A DNA stretch of 64,000 bases from Auanema rhodensis (Eukaryota > Animalia > Nematoda): positions 620,001 to 684,000 of the forward strand of contig CAXKVF010000073.1 of assembly GCA_964057225.1 (NCBI GenBank). Reading direction: 5' to 3'. The notes beneath the pieces are model-generated. The model had not been told where the DNA came from. It searched no databases and worked only from the letters and a program-made list of their open reading frames with translations. Positions 41,360 through 54,383 of this stretch are shown one piece after another (within the stretch, counting starts at the first letter, position 1; every line of letters begins with the position of its first letter). Made by a program: the position numbers and the translations under genes.

Positions 41360-44300
41360 AAATTTCAAAGTCATGGTTACCATGAACCAATATCAATAAA
41401 AATTTGTTTTTAGACTAATATGGACATGAGGAATCTAATTTTGAAAACCGCATCTCTTCATCTTTCACGTGAAGCGAGTTACATACTAAGTGCACATCAC
41501 GTGTACATTTAATTAGCATAAATTAAAGTTCACGTAAATTTCAAAGTCATGGTTACCATGAACCAATATCAATAAAAATTTGTTTTTAGACTAATATGGA
41601 CATGAGGAATCTAATTTTGAAAACCGCATCTCTTCATCTTTCACGTGAAGCGAGTTACATACCAAGTGCACATCACGTGTACATTTAATTAGCATAAATT
41701 AAAGTTCACGTAAATTTCAAAGTCATGGTTACCATGAACCAATATCAATAAAAATTTGTTTTTAGACTAATATGGACATGGGGAATCTAATTTTGAAAAC
41801 CGCATCTCTTTATCTTTCACGTGAAGCGAGTTACATACCAAGTGCACATCACGTGTACATTTAATTAGCATAAATTAAAGTTCACGTAAATTTCAAAGTC
41901 ATGGTTACCATGCACCAATATCAATAAAAATTTGTTTTTAGACTAATATGGACATGGGGAATCTAATTTTGAAAACCGCATCTCTTTTTCTTTCACGTGA
42001 AGCGAGTTACATACCAAGTGCACATCACGTGTACATTTAATTAGCATAAATTAAAGTTCACGTAAATTTCAAAGTCATGGTTACCATGCACCAATATCAA
42101 TAAAAATTTGTTTTTAGACTAATATGGACATGGGGAATCTAATTTTGAAAACCGCATCTCTTTATCTTTCACGTGAAGCGAGTTACATACCAAGTGCACA
42201 TCACGTGTACATTTAATTAGCATAAATTAAAGTTCACGTAAATTTCAAAGTCATGGTTACCATGCACCAATATCAATAAAAATTTGTTTTTAGACTAATA
42301 TGGACATGGGGAATCTAATTTTGAAAACCGCATCTCTTTATCTTTCACGTGAAGCGAGTTACATACCAAGTGCACATCACGTGTACAATTAATTAGCATA
42401 AATTAAAGTTCACGTAAATTTCAAAGTCATGGTTACCATGAAGCAATATCAATAAAAATTTGTTTTTAGACTAATATGGACATGGGGAATCTAATTTTGA
42501 AAACCGCATCTCTTTATCTTTCACGTGAAGCGAGTTACATACCAAGTGCACATCACGTGTACATTTAATTAGCATAAATTAAAGTTCACGTAAATTTCAA
42601 AGTCATGGTTACCATGAACCAATATCAATAAAAATTTGTTTTTAGACTAATATGGACATGAGGAATCTAATTTTGAAAACCGCATCTCTTCATCTTTCAC
42701 GTGAAGCGAGTTACATACTAAGTGCACATCACGTGTACATTTAATTAGCATAAATTAAAGTTCACGTAAATTTCAAAGTCATGGTTACCATTCACCAATA
42801 TCAATAAAAATTTGTTTTTAGACTAATATGGACATGAGGAATCTAATTTTGAAAACCGCATCTCTTCATCTTTCACGTGAAGCGAGTTACATACCAAGTG
42901 CACATCACGTGTACATTTAATTAGCATAAATTAAAGTTCACGTAAATTTCAAAGTCATGGTTACCATGAACCAATATCAATAAAAATTTGTTTTTAGACT
43001 AATATGGACATGAGGAATCTAATTTTGAAAACCGCATCTCTTCATCTTTCACGTGAAGCGAGTTACATACCAAGTGCACATCACGTGTACATTTAATTAG
43101 CATAAATTAAAGTTCACGTAAATTTCAAAGTCATGGTTACCATGAACCAATATCAATAAAAATTTGTTTTTAGACTAATATGGACATGGGGAATCTAATT
43201 TTGAAAACCGCATCTCTTTATCTTTCACGTGAAGCGAGTTACATACCAAGTGCACATCACGTGTACATTTAATTAGCATAAATTAAAGTTCACGTAAATT
43301 TCAAAGTCATGGTTACCATGCACCAATATCAACAAAAATTTGTTTTTAGACTAATATGGACATGGGGAATCTAATTTTGAAAACCGCATCTCTTTATCTT
43401 TCACGTGAAGCGAGTTACATACCAAGTGCACATCACGTGTACATTTAATTAGCATAAATTAAAGTTCACGTAAATTTCAAAGTCATGGTTACCATGAAGC
43501 AATATCAATAAAAATTTGTTTTTTGACTAATATGGACATGGGGAATCTAATTTTGAAAACCGCATCTCTTTATCTTTCACGTGAAGCGAGTTACATACCA
43601 AGTGCACATCACGTGTACAATTAATTAGCATAAATTAAAGTTCACGTAAATTTCAAAGTCATGGTTACCATGAAGCAATATCAATAAAAATTTGTTTTTA
43701 GACTAATATGGACATGGGGAATCTAATTTTGAAAACCGCATCTCTTTATCTTTCACGTGAAGCGAGTTACATACCAAGTGCACATCACGTGTACATTTAA
43801 TTAGCATAAATTAAAGTTCACGTAAATTTCAAAGTCATGGTTACCATGAAGCAATATCAATAAAAATTTGTTTTTAGACTAATATGGACATGGGGAATCT
43901 AATTTTGAAAACCACATCTCTTTATCTCTCACGTGAAGCGAGTTACATACCAAGTGCACATCACGTGTACATTTAATTAGCATAAATTAAAGTTCACGTA
44001 AATTTCAAAGTCATGGTTACCATGCACCAATATCAATAAAAATTTGTTTTTAGACTAATATGGACATGGGGAATCTAATTTTGAAAACCGCATCTCTTTA
44101 TCTTTCACGTGAAGCGAGTTACATACCAAGTGCACATCACGTGTACATTTAATTAGCATAAATTAAAGTTCACGTAAATTTCAAAGTCATGGTTACCATG
44201 AACCAATATCAATAAAAATTTGTTTTTAGACTAATATGGACATGGGGAATCTAATTTTGAAAACCGCATCTCTTCATCTTTCACGTGAAGCGAGTTACAT

Positions 44301-44527
44301 ACCAAGTGCACATCACGTGTACATTTAATTAGCATAAATTAAAGTTCACGTAAATTTCAAAGTCATGGTTACCATGCACCAATATCAATAAAAATTTGTT
44401 TTTAGACTAATATGGACATGGGGAATCTAATTTTGAAAACCGCATCTCTTTTTCTTTCACGTGAAGCGAGTTACATACCAAGTGCACATCACGTGTACAT
44501 TTAATTAGCATAAATTAAAGTTCACGT

Positions 44528-46639
44528 AAATTTCAAAGTCATGGTTACCATGCACCAATATCAATAAAAATTTGTTTTTAGACTAACATGGACATGGGGA
44601 ATCTAATTTTGAAAATCGCATCTCTTTATCTTTCACGTGAAGCGAGTTACATACCAAGTGCACATCACGTGTACAATTAATTAGCATAAATTAAAGTTCA
44701 CGTAAATTTCAAAGTCATGGTTACCATGAAGCAATATCAATAAAAATTTGTTTTTAGACTAATATGGACATGGGGAATCTAATTTTGAAAACCACATCTC
44801 TTTATCTCTCACGTGAAGCGAGTTACATACCAAGTGCACATCACGTGTACATTTAATTAGCATAAATTAAAGTTCACGTAAATTTCAAAGTCATGGTTAC
44901 CATGAACCAATATCAATAAAAATTTGTTTTTAGACTAATATGGACATGGGGAATCTAATTTTGAAAACCGCATCTCTTTATCTTTCACGTGAAGCGAGTT
45001 ACATACCAAGTGCACATCACGTGTACATTTAATCAGCATAAATTAAAGTTCACGTAAATTTCAAAGTCATGGTTACCATGAACTAATATCAATAAAAATT
45101 TGTTTTTAGACTAATATGGACATGGGGAATCTAATTTTGAAAACCGCATCTCTTTATCTTTCACGTGAAGCGAGTTACATACCAAGTGCACATCACGTGT
45201 ACATTTAATTAGCATAAATTAAAGTTCACGTAAATTTCAAAGTCATGGTTACCATGCACCAATATCAATAAAAATTTGTTTTTAGACTAATATGAACATG
45301 GGGAATCTAATTTTGAAAACCGCATCTCTTTATCTTTCACGTGAAGCGAGTTACATACCAAGTGCACATCACGTGTACATTTAATTAGCATAAATTGAAG
45401 TTCACGTAAATTTCAAAGTCATGGTTACCATGAACCAATATCAATAAAAATTTGTTTTTAGACTAATATGGACATGGGGAATCTAATTTTGAAAACCGCA
45501 TCTCTTTATCTTTCACGTGAAGCGAGTTACATACCAAGTGCACATCACGTGTACATTTAATTAGCATAAATTAAAGTTCACGTAAATTTCAAAGTCATGG
45601 TTACCATGCACCAATATCAATAAAAATTTGTTTTTAGACTAATATGGACATGGGGAATCTAATTTTGAAAATCGCATCTCTTTATCTTTCACGTGAAGCG
45701 AGTTACATACCAAGTGCACATCACGTGTACAATTAATTAGCATAAATTAAAGTTCACGTAAATTTCAAAGTCATGGTTACCATGAAGCAATATCAATAAA
45801 AATTTGTTTTTAGACTAATATGGACATGGGGAATCTAATTTTGAAAACCACATCTCTTTATCTCTCACGTGAAGCGAGTTACATACCAAGTGCACATCAC
45901 GTGTACATTTAATTAGCATAAATTAAAGTTCACGTAAATTTCAAAGTCATGGTTACCATGAACCAATATCAATAAAAATTTGTTTTTAGACTAATATGGA
46001 CATGGGGAATCTAATTTTGAAAACCGCATCTCTTTATCTTTCACGTGAAGCGAGTTACATACCAAGTGCACATCACGTGTACATTTAATCAGCATAAATT
46101 AAAGTTCACGTAAATTTCAAAGTCATGGTTACCATGAACTAATATCAATAAAAATTTGTTTTTAGACTAATATGGACATGGGGAATCTAATTTTGAAAAC
46201 CGCATCTCTTTATCTTTCACGTGAAGCGAGTTACATACCAAGTGCACATCACGTGTACATTTAATTAGCATAAATTAAAGTTCACGTAAATTTCAAAGTC
46301 ATGGTTACCATGCACCAATATCAATAAAAATTTGTTTTTAGACTAATATGAACATGGGGAATCTAATTTTGAAAACCGCATCTCTTTATCTTTCACGTGA
46401 AGCGAGTTACATACCAAGTGCACATCACGTGTACATTTAATTAGCATAAATTGAAGTTCACGTAAATTTCAAAGTCATGGTTACCATGAACCAATATCAA
46501 TAAAAATTTGTTTTTAGACTAATATGGACATGGGGAATCTAATTTTGAAAACCGCATCTCTTTATCTTTCACGTGAAGCGAGTTACATACCAAGTGCACA
46601 TCACGTGTACATTTAATTAGCATAAATTAAAGTTCACGT
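44528..46639. repeat. Tandem duplication of a 6-monomer unit
   Basis: SNP pairs 1056 apart: C89T 44616/45672, T155C 45034/46090, A166G 45397/46453. Confidence 0.9.
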
Positions 46640-49600
46640 AAATTTCAAAGTCATGGTTACCACGCACCAATATCAATAAAAATTTGTTTTTAGACTAATA
46701 TGGACATGGGGAATCTAATTTTGAAAACCGCATCTCTTTATCTTTCACGTGAAGCGAGTTACATACCAAGTGCACATCACGTGTACATTTAATTAGCATA
46801 AATTAAAGTTCACGTAAATTTCAAAGTCATGGTTACCATGAACCAATATCAATAAAAATTTGTTTTTAGACTAATATGGACATGGGGAATCTAATTTTGA
46901 AAACCGCATCTCTTCATCTTTCACGTGAAGCGAGTTACATACCAAGTGCACATCACGTGTACATTTAATTAGCATAAATTAAAGTTCACGTAAATTTCAA
47001 AGTCATGGTTACCATGCACCAATATCAATAAAAATTTGTTTTTAGACTAATATGGACATGGGGAATCTAATTTTGGAAACCGCATCTCTTTTTCTTTCAC
47101 GTGAAGCGAGTTACATACCAAGTGCACATCACGTGTACATTTAATTAGCATAAATTAAAGTTCACGTAAATTTCAAAGTCATGGTTACCATGCACCAATA
47201 TCAATAAAAATTTGTTTTTAGACTAATATGGACATGGGGAATCTAATTTTGGAAACCGCATCTCTTTATCTTTCACGTGAAGCGAGTTACATACCAAGTG
47301 CACATCACGTGTACAATTAATTAGCATAAATTAAAGTTCACGTAAATTTCAAAGTCATGGTTACCATGAAGCAATATCAATAAAAATTTGTTTTTAGACT
47401 AATATGGACATGGGGAATCTAATTTTGAAAACCACATCTCTTTATCTCTCACGTGAAGCGAGTTACACACCAAGTGCACATCACGTGTACATTTAATTAG
47501 CATAAATTAAAGTTCACGTAAATTTCAAAGTCATGGTTACCATGAACCAATATCAATAAAAATTTGTTTTTAGACTAATATGGACATGGGGAATCTAATT
47601 TTGAAAACCGCATCTCTTTTTCTTTCACGTGAAGCGAGTTACATACCAAGTGCACATCACGTGTACATTTAATTAGCATAAATTAAAGTTCACGTAAATT
47701 TCAAAGTCATGGTTACCACGCACCAATATCAATAAAAATTTGTTTTTAGACTAATATGGACATGGGGAATCTAATTTTGAAAACCGCATCTCTTTATCTT
47801 TCACGTGAAGCGAGTTACATACCAAGTGCACATCACGTGTACAATTAATTAGCATAAATTAAAGTTCACGTAAATTTCAAAGTCATGGTTACCATGAAGC
47901 AATATCAATAAAAATTTGTTTTTAGACTAATATGGACATGGGGAATCTAATTTTGAAAACCGCATCTCTTCATCTTTCACGTGAAGCGAGTTACATACCA
48001 AGTGCACATCACGTGTACATTTAATTAGCATAAATTAAAGTTCACGTAAATTTCAAAGTCATGGTTACCATGCACCAATATCAATAAAAATTTGTTTTTA
48101 GACTAATATGGACATGGGGAATCTAATTTTGAAAACCGCATCTCTTTTTCTTTCACGTGAAGCGAGTTACATACCAAGTGCACATCACGTGTACATTTAA
48201 TTAGCATAAATTAAAGTTCACGTAAATTTCAAAGTCATGGTTACCATGCACCAATATCAATAAAAATTTGTTTTTAGACTAATATGGACATGGGGAATCT
48301 AATTTTGAAAACCGCATCTCTTTATCTTTCACGTGAAGCGAGTTACATACCAAGTGCACATCACGTGTACAATTAATTAGCATAAATTAAAGTTCACGTA
48401 AATTTCAAAGTCATGGTTACCATGAAGCAATATCAATAAAAATTTGTTTTTAGACTAATATGGACATGGGGAATCTAATTTTGAAAACCACATCTCTTTA
48501 TCTCTCACGTGAAGCGAGTTACACACCAAGTGCACATCACGTGTACATTTAATTAGCATAAATTAAAGTTCACGTAAATTTCAAAGTCATGGTTACCATG
48601 AACCAATATCAATAAAAATTTGTTTTTAGACTAATATGGACATGGGGAATCTAATTTTGAAAACCGCATCTCTTCATCTTTCACGTGAAGCGAGTTACAT
48701 ACCAAGTGCACATCACGTGTACATTTAATTAGCATAAATTAAAGTTCACGTAAATTTCAAAGTCATGGTTACCATGAACCAATATCAATAAAAATTTGTT
48801 TTTAGACTAATATGGACATGGGGAATCTAATTTTGAAAACCGCATCTCTTCATCTTTCACGTGAAGCGAGTTACATACCAAGTGCACATCACGTGTACAT
48901 TTAATTAGCATAAATTAAAGTTCACGTAAATTTCAAAGTCATGGTTACCATGCACCAATATCAATAAAAATTTGTTTTTAGACTAATATGGACATGGGGA
49001 ATCTAATTTTGAAAACCGCATCTCTTTATCTTTCACGTGAAGCGAGTTACATACCAAGTGCACATCACGTGTACAATTAATTAGCATAAATTAAAGTTCA
49101 CGTAAATTTCAAAGTCATGGTTACCATGAAGCAATATCAATAAAAATTTGTTTTTAGACTAATATGGACATGGGGAATCTAATTTTGAAAACCACATCTC
49201 TTTATCTCTCACGTGAAGCGAGTTACATACCAAGTGCACATCACGTGTACATTTAATTAGCATAAATTAAAGTTCACGTAAATTTCAAAGTCATGGTTAC
49301 CATGAACCAATATCAATAAAAATTTGTTTTTAGACTAATATGGACATGGGGAATCTAATTTTGAAAACCGCATCTCTTTATCTTTCACGTGAAGCGAGTT
49401 ACATACCAAGTGCACATCACGTGTACATTTAATTAGCATAAATTAAAGTTCACGTAAATTTCAAAGTCATGGTTACCATGAACTAATATCAATAAAAATT
49501 TGTTTTTAGACTAATATGGACATGGGGAATCTAATTTTGAAAACCGCATCTCTTTATCTTTCACGTGAAGCGAGTTACATACCAAGTGCACATCACGTGT

Positions 49601-52600
49601 ACATTTAATTAGCATAAATTAAAGTTCACGTAAATTTCAAAGTCATGGTTACCATGAACCAATATCAATAAAAATTTGTTTTTAGACTAATATGGACATG
49701 GGGAATCTAATTTTGAAAACCGCATCTCTTTATCTTTCACGTGAAGCGAGTTACATACCAAGTGCACATCACGTGTACATTTAATTAGCATAAATTAAAG
49801 TTCACGTAAATTTCAAAGTCATGGTTACCATGAACCAATATCAATAAAAATTTGTTTTTAGACTAATATGGACATGGGGAATCTAATTTTGAAAACCACA
49901 TCTCTTTATCTCTCACGTGAAGCGAGTTACATACCAAGTGCACATCACGTGTACATTTAATTAGCATAAATTAAAGTTCACGTAAATTTCAAAGTCATGG
50001 TTACCATGAACCAATATCAATAAAAATTTGTTTTTAGACTAATATGGACATGGGGAATCTAATTTTGAAAACCGCATCTCTTTATCTTTCACGTGAAGCG
50101 AGTTACATACCAAGTGCACATCACGTGTACATTTAATTAGCATAAATTAAAGTTCACGTAAATTTCAAAGTCATGGTTACCATGAACTAATATCAATAAA
50201 AATTTGTTTTTAGACTAATATGGACATGGGGAATCTAATTTTGAAAACCGCATCTCTTTATCTTTCACGTGAAGCGAGTTACATACCAAGTGCACATCAC
50301 GTGTACATTTAATTAGCATAAATTAAAGTTCACGTAAATTTCAAAGTCATGGTTACCATGAACCAATATCAATAAAAATTTGTTTTTAGACTAATATGGA
50401 CATGGGGAATCTAATTTTGAAAACCGCATCTCTTTTTCTTTCACGTGAAGCGAGTTACATACCAAGTGCACATCACGTGTACATTTAATTAGCATAAATT
50501 AAAGTTCACGTAAATTTCAAAGTCATGGTTACCATGAACCAATATCAATAAAAATTTGTTTTTAGACTAATATGGACATGGGGAATCTAATTTTGAAAAC
50601 CGCATCTCTTCATCTTTCACGTGAAGCGAGTTACATACCAAGTGCACATCACGTGTACAATTAATTAGCATAAATTAAAGTTCACGTAAATTTCAAAGTC
50701 ATGGTTACCATGAAGCAATATCAATAAAAATTTGTTTTTAGACTAATATGGACATGGGGAATCTAATTTTGAAAACCGCATCTCTTTTTCTTTCACGTGA
50801 AGCGAGTTACATACCAAGTGCACATCACGTGTACATTTAATTAGCATAAATTAAAGTTCACGTAAATTTCAAAGTCATGGTTACCATGAACCAATATCAA
50901 TAAAAATTTGTTTTTAGACTAATATGGACATGGGAAATCTAATTTTGAAAACCGCATCTCTTTATCTTTCACGTGAAGCGAGTTACATACCAAGTGCACA
51001 TCACGTGTACATTTAATTAGCATAAATTAAAGTTCACGTAAATTTCAAAGTCATGGTTACCATGAAGCAATATCAATAAAAATTTGTTTTTAGACTAATA
51101 TGGACATGGGGAATCTAATTTTGAAAACCACATCTCTTTATCTTTCACGTGAAGCGAGTTACATACCAAGTGCACATCACGTGTACATTTAATTAGCATA
51201 AATTAAAGTTCACGTAAATTTCAAAGTCATGGTTACCATGAACCAATATCAATAAAAATTTGTTTTTAGACTAATATGGACATGGGGAATCTAATTTTGA
51301 AAACCGCATCTCTTTATCTTTCACGTGAAGCGAGTTACATACCAAGTGCACATCACGTGTACATTTAATTAGCATAAATTAAAGTTCACGTAAATTTCAA
51401 AGTCATGGTTACCATGAACTAATATCAATAAAAATTTGTTTTTAGACTAATATGGACATGGGGAATCTAATTTTGAAAACCGCATCTCTTTATCTTTCAC
51501 GTGAAGCGAGTTACATACCAAGTGCACATCACGTGTACATTTAATTAGCATAAATTAAAGTTCACGTAAATTTCAAAGTCATGGTTACCATGAACCAATA
51601 TCAATAAAAATTTGTTTTTAGACTAATATGGACATGGGGAATCTAATTTTGAAAACCGCATCTCTTTATCTTTCACGTGAAGCGAGTTACATACCAAGTG
51701 CACATCACGTGTACATTTAATTAGCATAAATTAAAGTTCACGTAAATTTCAAAGTCATGGTTACCATGAACCAATATCAATAAAAATTTGTTTTTAGACT
51801 AATATGGACATGGGGAATCTAATTTTGAAAACCGCATCTCTTTATCTTTCACGTGAAGCGAGTTACATACCAAGTGCACATCACGTGTACATTTAATTAG
51901 CATAAATTAAAGTTCACGTAAATTTCAAAGTCATGGTTACCATGCACCAATATCAATAAAAATTTGTTTTTAGACTAATATGGACATGGGGAATCTAATT
52001 TTGAAAACCGCATCTCTTTATCTTTCACGTGAAGCGAGTTACATACCAAGTGCACATCACGTGTACATTTAATTAGCATAAATTAAAGTTCACGTAAATT
52101 TCAAAGTCATGGTTACCATGAAGCAATATCAATAAAAATTTGTTTTTAGACTAATATGGACATGGGGAATCTAATTTTGAAAACCGCATCTCTTTATCTT
52201 TCACGTGAAGCGAGTTACATACCAAGTGCACATCACGTGTACATTTAATTAGCATAAATTAAAGTTCACGTAAATTTCAAAGTCATGGTTACCATGAACC
52301 AATATCAATAAAAATTTGTTTTTAGACTAATATGGACATGGGGAATCTAATTTTGAAAACCGCATCTCTTTATCTTTCACGTGAAGCGAGTTACATACCA
52401 AGTGCACATCACGTGTACATTTAATTAGCATAAATTAAAGTTCACGTAAATTTCAAAGTCATGGTTACCATGAACTAATATCAATAAAAATTTGTTTTTA
52501 GACTAATATGGACATGGGGAATCTAATTTTGAAAACCGCATCTCTTTATCTTTCACGTGAAGCGAGTTACATACCAAGTGCACATCACGTGTACATTTAA

Positions 52601-54383
52601 TTAGCATAAATTAAAGTTCACGTAAATTTCAAAGTCATGGTTACCATGAAGCAATATCAATAAAAATTTGTTTTTAGACTAATATGGACATGGGGAATCT
52701 AATTTTGAAAACCGCATCTCTTTATCTTTCACGTGAAGCGAGTTACATACCAAGTGCACATCACGTGTACATTTAATTAGCATAAATTAAAGTTCACGTA
52801 AATTTCAAAGTCATGGTTACCATGAAGCAATATCAATAAAAATTTGTTTTTAGACTAATATGGACATGGGGAATCTAATTTTGAAAACCGCATCTCTTTA
52901 TCTTTCACGTGAAGCGAGTTACATACCAAGTGCACATCACGTGTACATTTAATTAGCATAAATTAAAGTTCACGTAAATTTCAAAGTCATGGTTACCATG
53001 AACTAATATCAATAAAAATTTGTTTTTAGACTAATATGGACATGGGGAATCTAATTTTGAAAACCGCATCTCTTTATCTTTCACGTGAAGCGAGTTACAT
53101 ACCAAGTGCACATCACGTGTACATTTAATTAGCATAAATTAAAGTTCACGTAAATTTCAAAGTCATGGTTACCATGAACTAATATCAATAAAAATTTGTT
53201 TTTAGACTAATATGGACATGGGGAATCTAATTTTGAAAACCGCATCTCTTTATCTTTCACGTGAAGCGAGTTACATACCAAGTGCACATCACGTGTACAT
53301 TTAATTAGCATAAATTAAAGTTCACGTAAATTTCAAAGTCATGGTTACCATGAACCAATATCAATAAAAATTTGTTTTTAGACTAATATGGACATGGGGA
53401 ATCTAATTTTGAAAACCGCATCTCTTTATCTTTCACGTGAAGCGAGTTACATACCAAGTGCACATCACGTGTACATTTAATTAGCATAAATTAAAGTTCA
53501 CGTAAATTTCAAAGTCATGGTTACCATGAACCAATATCAATAAAAATTTGTTTTTAGACTAATATGGACATGGGGAATCTAATTTTGAAAACCGCATCTC
53601 TTTATCTTTCACGTGAAGCGAGTTACATACCAAGTGCACATCACGTGTACATTTAATTAGCATAAATTAAAGTTCACGTAAATTTCAAAGTCATGGTTAC
53701 CATAAACTAATATCAATAAAAATTTGTTTTTAGACTAATATGGACATGGGGAATCTAATTTTGAAAACCGCATCTCTTTATCTTTCACGTGAAGCGAGTT
53801 ACATACCAAGTGCACATCACGTGTACATTTAATTAGCATAAATTAAAGTTCACGTAAATTTCAAAGTCATGGTTACCATGAAGCAATATCAATAAAAATT
53901 TGTTTTTAGACTAATATGGACATGGGGAATCTAATTTTGAAAACCGCATCTCTTTATCTTTCACGTGAAGCGAGTTACATACCAAGTGCACATCACGTGT
54001 ACATTTAATTAGCATAAATTAAAGTTCACGTAAATTTCAAAGTCATGGTTACCATGAAGCAATATCAATAAAAATTTGTTTTTAGACTAATATGGACATG
54101 GGGAATCTAATTTTGAAAACCGCATCTCTTTATCTTTCACGTGAAGCGAGTTACATACCAAGTGCACATCACGTGTACATTTAATTAGCATAAATTAAAG
54201 TTCACGTAAATTTCAAAGTCATGGTTACCATGAAGCAATATCAATAAAAATTTGTTTTTAGACTAATATGGACATGGGGAATCTAATTTTGAAAACCGCA
54301 TCTCTTTATCTTTCACGTGAAGCGAGTTACATACCAAGTGCACATCACGTGTACATTTAATTAGCATAAATTAAAGTTCACGT

